Below are positions 51,128 to 58,968 of a stretch of DNA of 64,000 nucleotides, piece by piece. The notes beneath the pieces are model-generated. The model searched no databases. It was not told the origin of the DNA and saw only the letters and a program-made list of their open reading frames with translations. Position numbers and translations under genes: made by a program. The stretch is from an uncultured Thermoleophilia bacterium (GTDB lineage Bacteria > Actinomycetota > Thermoleophilia > Gaiellales > Gaiellaceae), in assembly GCA_963710465.1 (NCBI GenBank), contig CAVQAQ010000009.1, positions 22,515 through 86,514 of the forward strand, given 5' to 3'. Every line of letters begins with the position of its first letter. The first letter of the stretch is position 1.

Positions 51128-52082
51128 TCTTGAAGACCTTCTCCATGATGTCGCGAACCGCGGTCAGCGGGTCGAGCTCGCGCCGGCCGACCGCATCCAG
51201 GAGCCGCTCGAGCTCGGGGTCGTTCTCGACCGACACCTCCAGATACCGCTTCGCCCGCGCCGAGGCGACCGCGAAGACCTCGCGGCCGAGGTTCCGGCTC
51301 CGTCGGTCGGCGAGGCCTCCGCTCTCCTCCAGATAGGCACGGTGCTTCTCGATCGCGTCCCAGAGCTCGTCGATGCCCTCGCCCTTTGCCGCTTCGGTGA
51401 GCACGATCGGCGTCTTCCACTCGCTCTCACGGTCGAGCGTGAGGATGGCCCGCACCTCGTTGAGCATGGTCTTGGCCATCGGGTGGTCGCGCTTGTTGAC
51501 GACGATCACGTCGGGGATCTCCATGATCCCCGCCTTCAGCGCCTGGATCGAGTCGCCGGAGCCTGGCATCAGCACGAGCACGACGGTGTCGACGACGCCG
51601 ACGACCTCGACCTCGCTCTGGCCGGTGCCGACGGTCTCCAGCATCAGCACGTCCCTGCCGGACGCGTCGAGGAGCAGCAGCGCCTGCAGCGTCGCCTCGG
51701 CGAGCCCCCCGAGGTGGCCGCGGGTGCCCATGGAGCGGATGTAGACGCCCGGGTCGAGGAAGTGGTCCGTGAGCCGGATGCGGTCGCCGAGCAGGGCGCC
51801 CTGCGAGAACGGGCTCGAGGGGTCGACCGAGATGACGCCGACGGTGCGGTCGAGCGCGCGCACGTGGCGGACGAGCGCGCTCGCGAGCGTCGACTTGCCG
51901 ACGCCAGGTGGGCCGGTCAGCCCGATCGAGTAGCCGTGCCCCGTGCCCGGGTACAGCTCGCGCACGAGGTCGTAGGCGAGCGGGTCGCCATCCTCGACGA
52001 GGCTGATCGCCCGCGCGAGCGCGCGGCGGTCGCCCGAGCGCACGCCCTGCGCGAGTTGTTCTCGTGTCCAGGTGCGCGGCAT
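51099..52082 (-). CDS. meaB: Methylmalonyl-CoA mutase-associated GTPase MeaB/ArgK
   Basis: ATG at 52082 (MPRTWTREQLAQGV..). P-loop GPPGVGKST. ..ETVGTGQSE.. and NKxD as VVNKRD. Confidence 0.85.
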   Translation of the reverse strand: MPRTWTREQLAQGVRSGDRRALARAISLVEDGDPLAYDLVRELYPGTGHGYSIGLTGPPGVGKSTLASALVRHVRALDRTVGVISVDPSSPFSQGALLGDRIRLTDHFLDPGVYIRSMGTRGHLGGLAEATLQALLLLDASGRDVLMLETVGTGQSEVEVVGVVDTVVLVLMPGSGDSIQALKAGIMEIPDVIVVNKRDHPMAKTMLNEVRAILTLDRESEWKTPIVLTEAAKGEGIDELWDAIEKHRAYLEESGGLADRRSRNLGREVFAVASARAKRYLEVSVENDPELERLLDAVGRRELDPLTAVRDIMEKVFKIDQNGSDPR

Positions 52083-53323
52083 CAGGCGGTTGGCACCGTC
52101 TCGCCGACGGGCGCCGCGTCCTTCTCCGGGCGGGGCGCGAGCGCGTAGCCGAGCACGGCGGCGACGCCCGCCACGGCGGCGCCGAATGCCCACACCCAGC
52201 GCGCGCCGAGCGCGTTCGTCAGCAGCCCCGCGAGGGCCATGGACACGCCGAGGACCGCGTAGTTGGTGCTCATGATGATCGTGAAGGCGCGGCCGCGGAG
52301 CTCGTCGGGCGCCCCGCGCTGGACGAGCAGCACGTTGCACACGACCGCGATGCCGTTGCCGAACCCGGAGACCACCACGCAGGCCGCGGCAACGGCGAGC
52401 ACGGGGGCTGCCGCCGCGCCGGCGAGGCCCACAGCGATCGCGCCGATACTCGCGCCGTAGATCGAAGCGATCCGGAAACGGCCGATCACAGAGGCGGCCA
52501 TGTAGCTCCCGAGCACGAGGCCGAGCCCGCTCGCCCCGAGCAGCAGCCCGAAGCCGAAGTCGCCCGCGCCGAGCGAGTCCTTGGCGAACGTGATCTCAGC
52601 GACGTTGACGGCCGCGTACGAGACGAAGAAGACGTTCCAGGCGACGAACACGGCCAGCAGCGGGCGCGTGTGCAGCACGAGCCGGATGCCGGCAAGCAGG
52701 TCCTGGACGTGCCCCTCGCTCGCCGCACGCGCCGCCTGGAACAACCGCGCCGGGATCCGCGAGATGAGTAGCGCGGAGAGGGCGAAGGAGATGGAGTTGA
52801 TCACGTACCCCGGGTCCGGGCCCCAGACGGCGACGAGGATGCCCGCGAGCGGCGGAGTGACGAGCCAGGTCAGGTTCTCGAACGCCTGCATGAGCGAATT
52901 CGCCTGCGGCAGGTCCTCCTCCCAGACGAGATTGGGCACCGACGCGTAGACGGCCGGGCGGAAGAAGCCGGTCGCGAAACCCGACACCGCCGCCAGCGCG
53001 ACGATCGCTCCCGGCGAGCCGGCGAACGGCAGGACCGCGAACACCGCGCAGCGCGCCAGGTCGGAGACGATCAGGACGCGCTTGCGCGAGAGGCGGTCGA
53101 CGAGCGGCCCGAGCAGCAGCCCCACGGCGACGGTCGGCAGGAAGTCGGCCGCGAGGAGCGCGGCCACCCAGACGCTCGAATGCGTGGTGTCCCAGACGTC
53201 GACCGTCAGGGCGACGAAGGCGAGCCACGTGCCGATGCCCGACCCGACCGACGCCAGGAGCAGGAGCCGGAACGCCTTCGAGGTCCCGAGCAGCTCGAGC
53301 CGCTTGCCCAGGCCGAGTTCCAC
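52082..53323 (-). CDS. MFS transporter
   Basis: Intact 413-aa ORF with about 12 TM spans. ..GPLVDRLSRKRVL.. loop motif. The stop shares one base with the meaB ATG. Confidence 0.8.
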   Translation of the reverse strand: MELGLGKRLELLGTSKAFRLLLLASVGSGIGTWLAFVALTVDVWDTTHSSVWVAALLAADFLPTVAVGLLLGPLVDRLSRKRVLIVSDLARCAVFAVLPFAGSPGAIVALAAVSGFATGFFRPAVYASVPNLVWEEDLPQANSLMQAFENLTWLVTPPLAGILVAVWGPDPGYVINSISFALSALLISRIPARLFQAARAASEGHVQDLLAGIRLVLHTRPLLAVFVAWNVFFVSYAAVNVAEITFAKDSLGAGDFGFGLLLGASGLGLVLGSYMAASVIGRFRIASIYGASIGAIAVGLAGAAAAPVLAVAAACVVVSGFGNGIAVVCNVLLVQRGAPDELRGRAFTIIMSTNYAVLGVSMALAGLLTNALGARWVWAFGAAVAGVAAVLGYALAPRPEKDAAPVGETVPTA

Positions 53324-53395
53324 GCCGGGACGCTAACAGCGGGCCCGGCCGCGGAGGGTGCGCTGGAGGTGCGCCCTCCGCAGGACGAGATCGGC

Positions 53396-53677
53396 TCAGC
53401 AGCCGAAGCACTGATCGGGGCGATTGCGCTCGATCAGCGTGTCGATCGCCGAGACCTGGAACCCGGGCGTGTACAGCCCGCCGCCTTGAACGGCCACGCC
53501 GGGCGTGCCGAAGAGCGTGTGCCGAGTGACGCGCGTGTGGTCGAGCGTCAGCTGCGGCGCCGGGTCGCCCGGAACGCGGCCTGCAGCCGCTGCCCGGTAG
53601 GTCCCGGCGCGTGTGGCGGCCTTACGGAGAGTATCCTCCGTGACGCCGGGCCAGAAGCACTTCGCTGTGTACAGCAT
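53396..53677 (-). CDS. Hypothetical protein, possibly a gene remnant
   Basis: ATG at 53677 (MLYTAKCFWPGVTEDTLRKAA..). The C-terminal ..LFGTPGVAVQGGGLY..IDTLIER weakly resembles a DsbA-family C-terminus. Confidence 0.25.
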   Translation of the reverse strand: MLYTAKCFWPGVTEDTLRKAATRAGTYRAAAAGRVPGDPAPQLTLDHTRVTRHTLFGTPGVAVQGGGLYTPGFQVSAIDTLIERNRPDQCFGC

Positions 53678-53774
53678 CCGCCGACGGTCGCTGAGCGATG
53701 TCCCAAACGTGTCCCAAAGCCGTCTTGCCCCCTTGAAACCGGTGCGCGCACGTGGGGACACTCCGGCCAGGCCC

Positions 53775-54810
53775 ATGGCGGCACATCGCCTCGAGTTCGG
53801 GATCCTTGGCCCGCTCGCCGTTCGCATCGACGGCTACCGCTGTGCCGGTGGGCGGCCCGAAGCAGCGGGCGCTGCTCGCCCTGCTGCTCTTGAGCGCCAA
53901 CCGGGTCGTGTCGCGCGACACCCTCGTCGGCGAGCTGTTCGCCGAGCTGGGCGTCAACTCCGCCGACCATGCGCTCCGCAACCAGGTGTCGCGGCTGCGG
54001 AAGGTGCTGATGCCCGGCAGCGGCCGACGAGCCGCGCCTGGTCGCACGCGCGCCCGGGCTACCTCCTCCGAGTGGAGCCCGGCGAGCTCGACCTCGACCG
54101 CTTCGAGACGCTCGTCGATGGAGGGACGGGAGGCGCTCGCCGGCGGCGACCCGGCGACGGCGGCCGCGGCGCTGCGCGCGGCGGAGGCGCTGTGGAGCGG
54201 CCGACCCCTCGCCGACCTGGAGTTCGAGCCGTTCGCCCGGGTCGACGTCGAGCGCCTCGAAGAGGTGCGGCTCGCGGCGCTCGAAGACCGGCTCGACGCC
54301 GATCTCGCCCTCGGCAGGCACGTCGCGCTCGTAGAGCGAGCTGGAGGCGCTGGCCGAAGAGCATCCGTTCCGCGAGCGCTTCCGGGCGCAGCTCATGCTC
54401 GCCCTGTACCGCGCGAGGGCGGCAAGCCGAAGGGCTTGAGGTGTACCGCCGCACGCGGGAGACTCCTTAACGAGGAGCTCGGGCTCGAGCCGGGCGTGCA
54501 GCTTCAGCAGCTCGAGCGGGCCATCCTTGTCCAGGACCCGGCGCTCGAGCGTCGCGGCCAACGGCGGCCGAAACGCCCCGCGTTCGCCACGGACCGACGT
54601 CTGCCCGTTCAAGGGGTTGGCGCCGTTCGAGGCTGACGACGCGGAGATTTCTTCGGCCGCGAGCGGCTTGTCGATGAGCTCGTCGCGCGCCTCGGTGAGT
54701 CATCGCTGCTCGCCATCGTCGGCCCGTCGGGAAGCGGCAAGTCGTCGCTCCTCCGCGCGGGCCTCCTTCCGGCACTCGAGCGCGATGTGGTGCTCGTCAG
54801 CCCGGCGGGA
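53775..54810 (+). pseudogene. SARP (OmpR-type winged helix plus BTAD) fused to the first ~60 residues of a P-loop STAND NTPase: truncated and about 9 frame changes
   Basis: MAAHRLEFGILGPLAVRIDG / AVPVGGPKQRALLALLLLSANRVVSRDTL.. / DEPRLVARA / PGYLLRVEPGELDLDRFE.. / ..LWSGRPLADLEFEPFA.. / ELEALAEEHPFRERFRAQLMLALYRA / GRQAEGLEVYRR.. / LNEELGLEPG.. / CPFKGLAPFEADDAE / FFGRERLVDELV..IVGPSGSGKSSLLRAGLLPAL... Beyond about 54810 the plus strand is antisense to hisC. Confidence 0.7.
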
Positions 54811-55938
54811 TGTGACAGATGTCTCGGCGATGACGCGCCCGAGCGCGTCGGCGAAGATCGCGTTCTCCTCGGCAGTGCCGACGGTGACGCGGATCGCGCC
54901 GGGCGCGCCGAACCCGCCCGTGGGCCGCACAATCACGCCCTCGCGCAGCAGCGCCTCGAAGAGCGGACGTGCGTCCGCGCCGACCTCGGCGAAAACGAAG
55001 TTCCCGACCGCCGGCCCGACGGGCTCGAGGCCCTGCGCGCGCAGCGCGTCCTCGACAGTCGGGCGGTTGGCGTTGTTCTCGGCCCGCCGGCGCGCGAGCT
55101 CGGCGGCGTCGTCCAGGCTCGCGAGCGCGGCCTCCTGCGCCGGCGTGGTGACGTCAAACGCGCGGCGAACCTTGCCGATCGCCGTGATCACCTCCGCGGG
55201 GCCGACGCCGTAGCCGACGCGCAGCCCGGCGAGCCCGTAGATCTTCGAGAACGTCCGCAGGACGAGCGCCGTCCTCCCCGCCCTGGCGTACTCGATGCCG
55301 TCCGGGTAGTCCGGGTCCTCGACGTACTCGAGGTACGCCTGGTCGATGACGGTCAGGACGTGCTCGGGAACGCGGTCGAACCACGCGTCGAGCTCGTTCC
55401 GCGTGTTCATCGTCCCGGTCGGGTTGTTCGGGTGGCAGAGGTAGACGATCTTCGTGCGCGGCCCGACCGCCTCGAGCATCGCGTCGAGGTCGTACCGGCC
55501 GTCGCGGAGCGGCACCGTGCGCGGCACGGCGCCGACCTTGCGGGCGTCGATGACGTAGCTCGGGAACGACGGCCAGCCGCAGACGATCTCGTCGCCCGGG
55601 TCCAGTACGGCCTGCGTCAGGCAGTCGACGAGGCCGTCCGAGCCCGCGCCGACCGTGACCTCCTCGAAGCGCACGCCGAGGCGCTCGGCGAGCGAGAAGC
55701 GCAGGCGATAGATGCCGCCGTCGGGGTAGCGGTTGAGCTCGCGGATGCACCGCTCGATGGCCTCGACCGCGGCCGGGAACGGCCCGAACGGTCCCTCGTT
55801 CGAGGCCAGCTTCACGACCCGATCGAGCCCCAGCTCGCGTTGCACCTCCTCGACCGGCTTGCCCGGCTCGTACGGCACGAGGTCGTTGACGGCAGGCTTG
55901 AAGAAGCTGGTCGAGATCTCGGCGAAGCTGCTGCTCAC
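54700..55938 (-). CDS. hisC: Histidinol-phosphate aminotransferase
   Basis: GTG at 55938. ..LASNEGPFGP.., ..CHPNNPTG.., PLP lysine context RTFSKIYGLAGLRVGY. The ORF as written ends at 54700. The last ~35 codons are antisense to the SARP-STAND fragment and look non-native (a TGA at 54797-54799 lies in a neighbouring frame). Confidence 0.8.
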   Translation of the reverse strand: MSSSFAEISTSFFKPAVNDLVPYEPGKPVEEVQRELGLDRVVKLASNEGPFGPFPAAVEAIERCIRELNRYPDGGIYRLRFSLAERLGVRFEEVTVGAGSDGLVDCLTQAVLDPGDEIVCGWPSFPSYVIDARKVGAVPRTVPLRDGRYDLDAMLEAVGPRTKIVYLCHPNNPTGTMNTRNELDAWFDRVPEHVLTVIDQAYLEYVEDPDYPDGIEYARAGRTALVLRTFSKIYGLAGLRVGYGVGPAEVITAIGKVRRAFDVTTPAQEAALASLDDAAELARRRAENNANRPTVEDALRAQGLEPVGPAVGNFVFAEVGADARPLFEALLREGVIVRPTGGFGAPGAIRVTVGTAEENAIFADALGRVIAETSVTSRRADEHHIALECRKEARAEERRLAASRRADDGEQR

Positions 55939-56077
55939 GGCGCCGACTCTACCGCCGTCCCTGGATCAGGGTTGCAACGGGATACGATGTGCTTAGGTCG
56001 CCGGGGAAGTCAATTCGAAGGCGTCTCAGGTGCGTCGACGCCCGGAACCCGTTTAGAGTCGCCGCCGGGAGAATGAG

Positions 56078-57346
56078 GTGAGGCGGACGACCCTCTTGGC
56101 GCTCGCGTTCGTGGCCGCGGCGTGCCTCCTGCCGGTCGGGCAGGTGGACGCGCACGGGCCGCTGACCATTCACGTGCGCACGGACGCGCAGTTCGCCGCG
56201 GCCGTGCAGGGGCTGCGCTTCTCGGGCGGGACGATCAAGCTGGCGCCCACCTGGTTCCGCGGGCTCGAGATCGGTCCGCGCGGCTGGCACCAGCTGCGCA
56301 TCGTCGGCACGCGGCGCACGCACGTGGAGCAGATCCTGCTCAGGGGCACCCGCCGGGTCTCGATCGGGCCGCTGACCATCTCTCCGATCTCGCAGGACGC
56401 GCGCATCCAGTCCCTGCAGTCGAGCCGCATCGACATCCACGACGTGAAGTTCACGGCGGCCGGGACCCGGTACGCGTCCACGCTCCAGCTGCCGATCTCG
56501 AACCGGATCACCGTCCGCCGCAGCGAGTTCACCCACTGCGGCGACCGGTCGTGGCACATGGTCAACTGCATCCTCCTCTGGCAGGTCACGAACCTCACAG
56601 TCGAGGACAGCAACTTCCATGACTGCCGCGGCTGCGACTTCATCAACGGGCGCTTCGGCCACAACCTGGCGCTCTACCGCAACCACTTCGCGCGCACGGT
56701 TCCGTGCAGCATGGGCGCGTACCGGTGCGGCCACCAGGATCTCGTCCAGCTGTTCGGCGGCACGGGGCTCGACGTGCGCGACAACGTGTTCGGCGTCTAC
56801 TGGAAGGGCGCCGCCCAGCTGTACGTCACGAACCGGATGCGGCACATCCGGATCGTCAACAACCTGTTCCTCGGCACCGACCCGCGCCTGCCGCGCTACG
56901 AGTCGCGCGTGGCGATGGTGATCGGCAGCGCGCAGACGAGGCACGTCCCGCGCGACGTGCGCATCGTCAACAACACCGTGCTCACGGGCGCGCGCCGGAT
57001 CGACGGCTACCTCGGGTCGATCCGCATGACGAACCAGTACGGCGCCGTGCCGACACGCGCACGGCCGATCCTGGCCAACAACGTGATCGCGGTGCTCGAG
57101 GACCCGAACCAGGTTTGCAGCGAGGTGCGCGCGTCGGTGAGCAACCTGATCCTGGAGGGCGAGGGCTGCTCGAAGACCGACACGATCGGCGGCGAGGTCT
57201 TCGGCCCGGACGGCCGCCCGACGCGGTACTCGGCGTTCCTGCTGGGCCGCGCCGACCCCGGGTTCGCCCCTCGGGTGGACATCACCGGGCACCCGCGCAG
57301 CCCGGAGCCGGATATCGGCGCGTTCCAGTACACCGGCGCTCGCTAA
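56078..57346 (+). CDS. Secreted right-handed parallel beta-helix repeat protein
   Basis: Signal peptide MRRTTLLALAFVAAACLLPVGQVDA. Repeated ..I.I.N..F.. units (VRIVNNTVL, IRIVNNLFL, LTVEDSNFHDC). Confidence 0.6.
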   Translation: MRRTTLLALAFVAAACLLPVGQVDAHGPLTIHVRTDAQFAAAVQGLRFSGGTIKLAPTWFRGLEIGPRGWHQLRIVGTRRTHVEQILLRGTRRVSIGPLTISPISQDARIQSLQSSRIDIHDVKFTAAGTRYASTLQLPISNRITVRRSEFTHCGDRSWHMVNCILLWQVTNLTVEDSNFHDCRGCDFINGRFGHNLALYRNHFARTVPCSMGAYRCGHQDLVQLFGGTGLDVRDNVFGVYWKGAAQLYVTNRMRHIRIVNNLFLGTDPRLPRYESRVAMVIGSAQTRHVPRDVRIVNNTVLTGARRIDGYLGSIRMTNQYGAVPTRARPILANNVIAVLEDPNQVCSEVRASVSNLILEGEGCSKTDTIGGEVFGPDGRPTRYSAFLLGRADPGFAPRVDITGHPRSPEPDIGAFQYTGAR

Positions 57347-57393
57347 CAGGGACAGTCCCTGTTCGGAACTCTTAACAGGGACTGTCCCTGTTA
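57344..57393. repeat. Perfect 20-bp inverted repeat built from two near-palindromic 19-mers; candidate bidirectional terminator or protein-binding element
   Basis: T-AACAGGGACAGTCCCTGTT (57344-57363), 10-nt spacer cggaactctt, AACAGGGACTGTCCCTGTT-A (57374-57393). Each 19-mer is itself a 9-1-9 palindrome. AT-rich relative to the surroundings. Lies between convergent stops at 57346 and 57405. Confidence 0.6.
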
Positions 57394-57404
57394 AGAGGCG
57401 CTGC

Positions 57405-58961
57405 TCAGACCACGACGCCGTGGCCGCCGCGGCGCGGGTCGCCGGCGGCGTGCAGCTCGCCGTCGGGCCGCCGCTCGACCGCAGCCGCGCCGCCGAAGAA
57501 GAGGTTGCGCCGCCGCCAGCGGACTAGGTCGTAGCCGGCCGCCTCGAGCGCATCTGCCTCGGCGCGATCGGCACCGCCCTCGAGATGCACGTGCTGGTCG
57601 TCGACGTGGAGGCGCGGGAACGCGATCGCGTCCTCGACCGACATGCCGTGCCGGACGACGTTGACGACCACCTGGAGGATCGCCCCGCGCAGGCGCAGCG
57701 ACCCGGCGCTGCCGACTACGAGCCGCGGACCCGTCGGCCCGACAACGATCGAAGGCGCCATCATGCTCGTGAGTCGGCTCCCGGCTCGCGCGCCCGTCAC
57801 GTTGAGGTCGTACTCGCCCAGCATGTTGTTGAGCTGGATGCCGGTGCCCGGGACGACGATGCCTGACCCCGAGCCGGTCGAGATGGTCAGCGAGGCGGCG
57901 TTGCCGACCCGATCGACCGCAGAGATGTGCGTCGTGCCGCGCGCCGCCGGCGGCTCCGCAACAGCGGGCGCGGTCGCGATCCGCTCCAGGGCGGCCGCGA
58001 TCGCGCGCTCCCCGAGGAGAGCGTCGCGCAGGCCGCCGCGGTAGAGGTCGGAGGGCCGCCACGCCTGGCGCGCTCGCGTCTGCTCGCGCAGGATCTCGAC
58101 GAGCTCCGCCAGCGCAGCCGCCGTGCCCGCCGGCCGCCTAGGCAGGCGGTCGAGCAGCTTCAGCCCGTAGGCGATGAGGATCCCGCCGGACGACGGCGGC
58201 GGGTTCGAGAGGAACTCGTGCCCGTCGAAGGCTGCCCTGACCGGCCGCCGGCGAACGACGCCGTAGGCACGCAGATCGTCGCCTGTGATCGTGCCGCCGC
58301 CCGCCCGGACATGCTCGACGAGGCGTCTGCCCAGCTCTCCCTCGTAGAGGGCCGCAGCCCCCTCGCGCGCCAGAACGTCGAGGGTGTCGGCCAGGTCGGG
58401 CATGACCAGCCGGTCGCCGGTCGAGAGCCGGTGCCCCTCGGGCGCGAAGATCGCCCGGCCCTCGGGGTGCGCGCAGAGGATCGAGTCGAGGATCGCGTGC
58501 AGATACGCCTGGCCGGCGGTCAGCTCGACACCGTCCCGCGCGAGCGCGGCGGCAGGTGCGATCAGCTCGGCCCAGGGCAGCGTGCCGAAGCGGCGGTGCG
58601 CATCCTCGAGCCCGGCCACGGCCCCGGGGACGGCGCACGAGGGCGCGCCGATCCGGAACACCTGCGTCGCACCGCCTCCGGTGAACTCGACGTCGACCTC
58701 CTCCATCGCGGCAGGCGCCTCATCCGGCGGCAGGCCGAGGCCTGGCACGGCGACGAAGAAGTCGAGCAGTCGGGTGGCGCCCTCCCTCGCGGTGTGCACG
58801 AGCAGGAAGCCGCCGCCGCCCGGCCCGGTGAGCGGGCTCTCGGCCACCCACGACGTGAACGCAGCGGCCAGGCAGGCGTCCACCGCGCCGCCGCCGGCTT
58901 CCAGCGCACGCGCGCCCGCCTCCGCCGTCAGCCGGTGGCCTGCTGCGATCGCGCCGTGCAC
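57405..58961 (-). CDS. ggt: Gamma-glutamyltranspeptidase
   Basis: Autoprocessing/nucleophile context ARGTTHISAVD. ..GGAVDACLAAAF..PLTGPGGGGFLLV... GTG at 58961 chosen (7 nt after the upstream stop). The ORF extends to 59039. Confidence 0.8.
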   Translation of the reverse strand: MHGAIAAGHRLTAEAGARALEAGGGAVDACLAAAFTSWVAESPLTGPGGGGFLLVHTAREGATRLLDFFVAVPGLGLPPDEAPAAMEEVDVEFTGGGATQVFRIGAPSCAVPGAVAGLEDAHRRFGTLPWAELIAPAAALARDGVELTAGQAYLHAILDSILCAHPEGRAIFAPEGHRLSTGDRLVMPDLADTLDVLAREGAAALYEGELGRRLVEHVRAGGGTITGDDLRAYGVVRRRPVRAAFDGHEFLSNPPPSSGGILIAYGLKLLDRLPRRPAGTAAALAELVEILREQTRARQAWRPSDLYRGGLRDALLGERAIAAALERIATAPAVAEPPAARGTTHISAVDRVGNAASLTISTGSGSGIVVPGTGIQLNNMLGEYDLNVTGARAGSRLTSMMAPSIVVGPTGPRLVVGSAGSLRLRGAILQVVVNVVRHGMSVEDAIAFPRLHVDDQHVHLEGGADRAEADALEAAGYDLVRWRRRNLFFGGAAAVERRPDGELHAAGDPRRGGHGVVV

Positions 58962-58968
58962 GCCGGCG

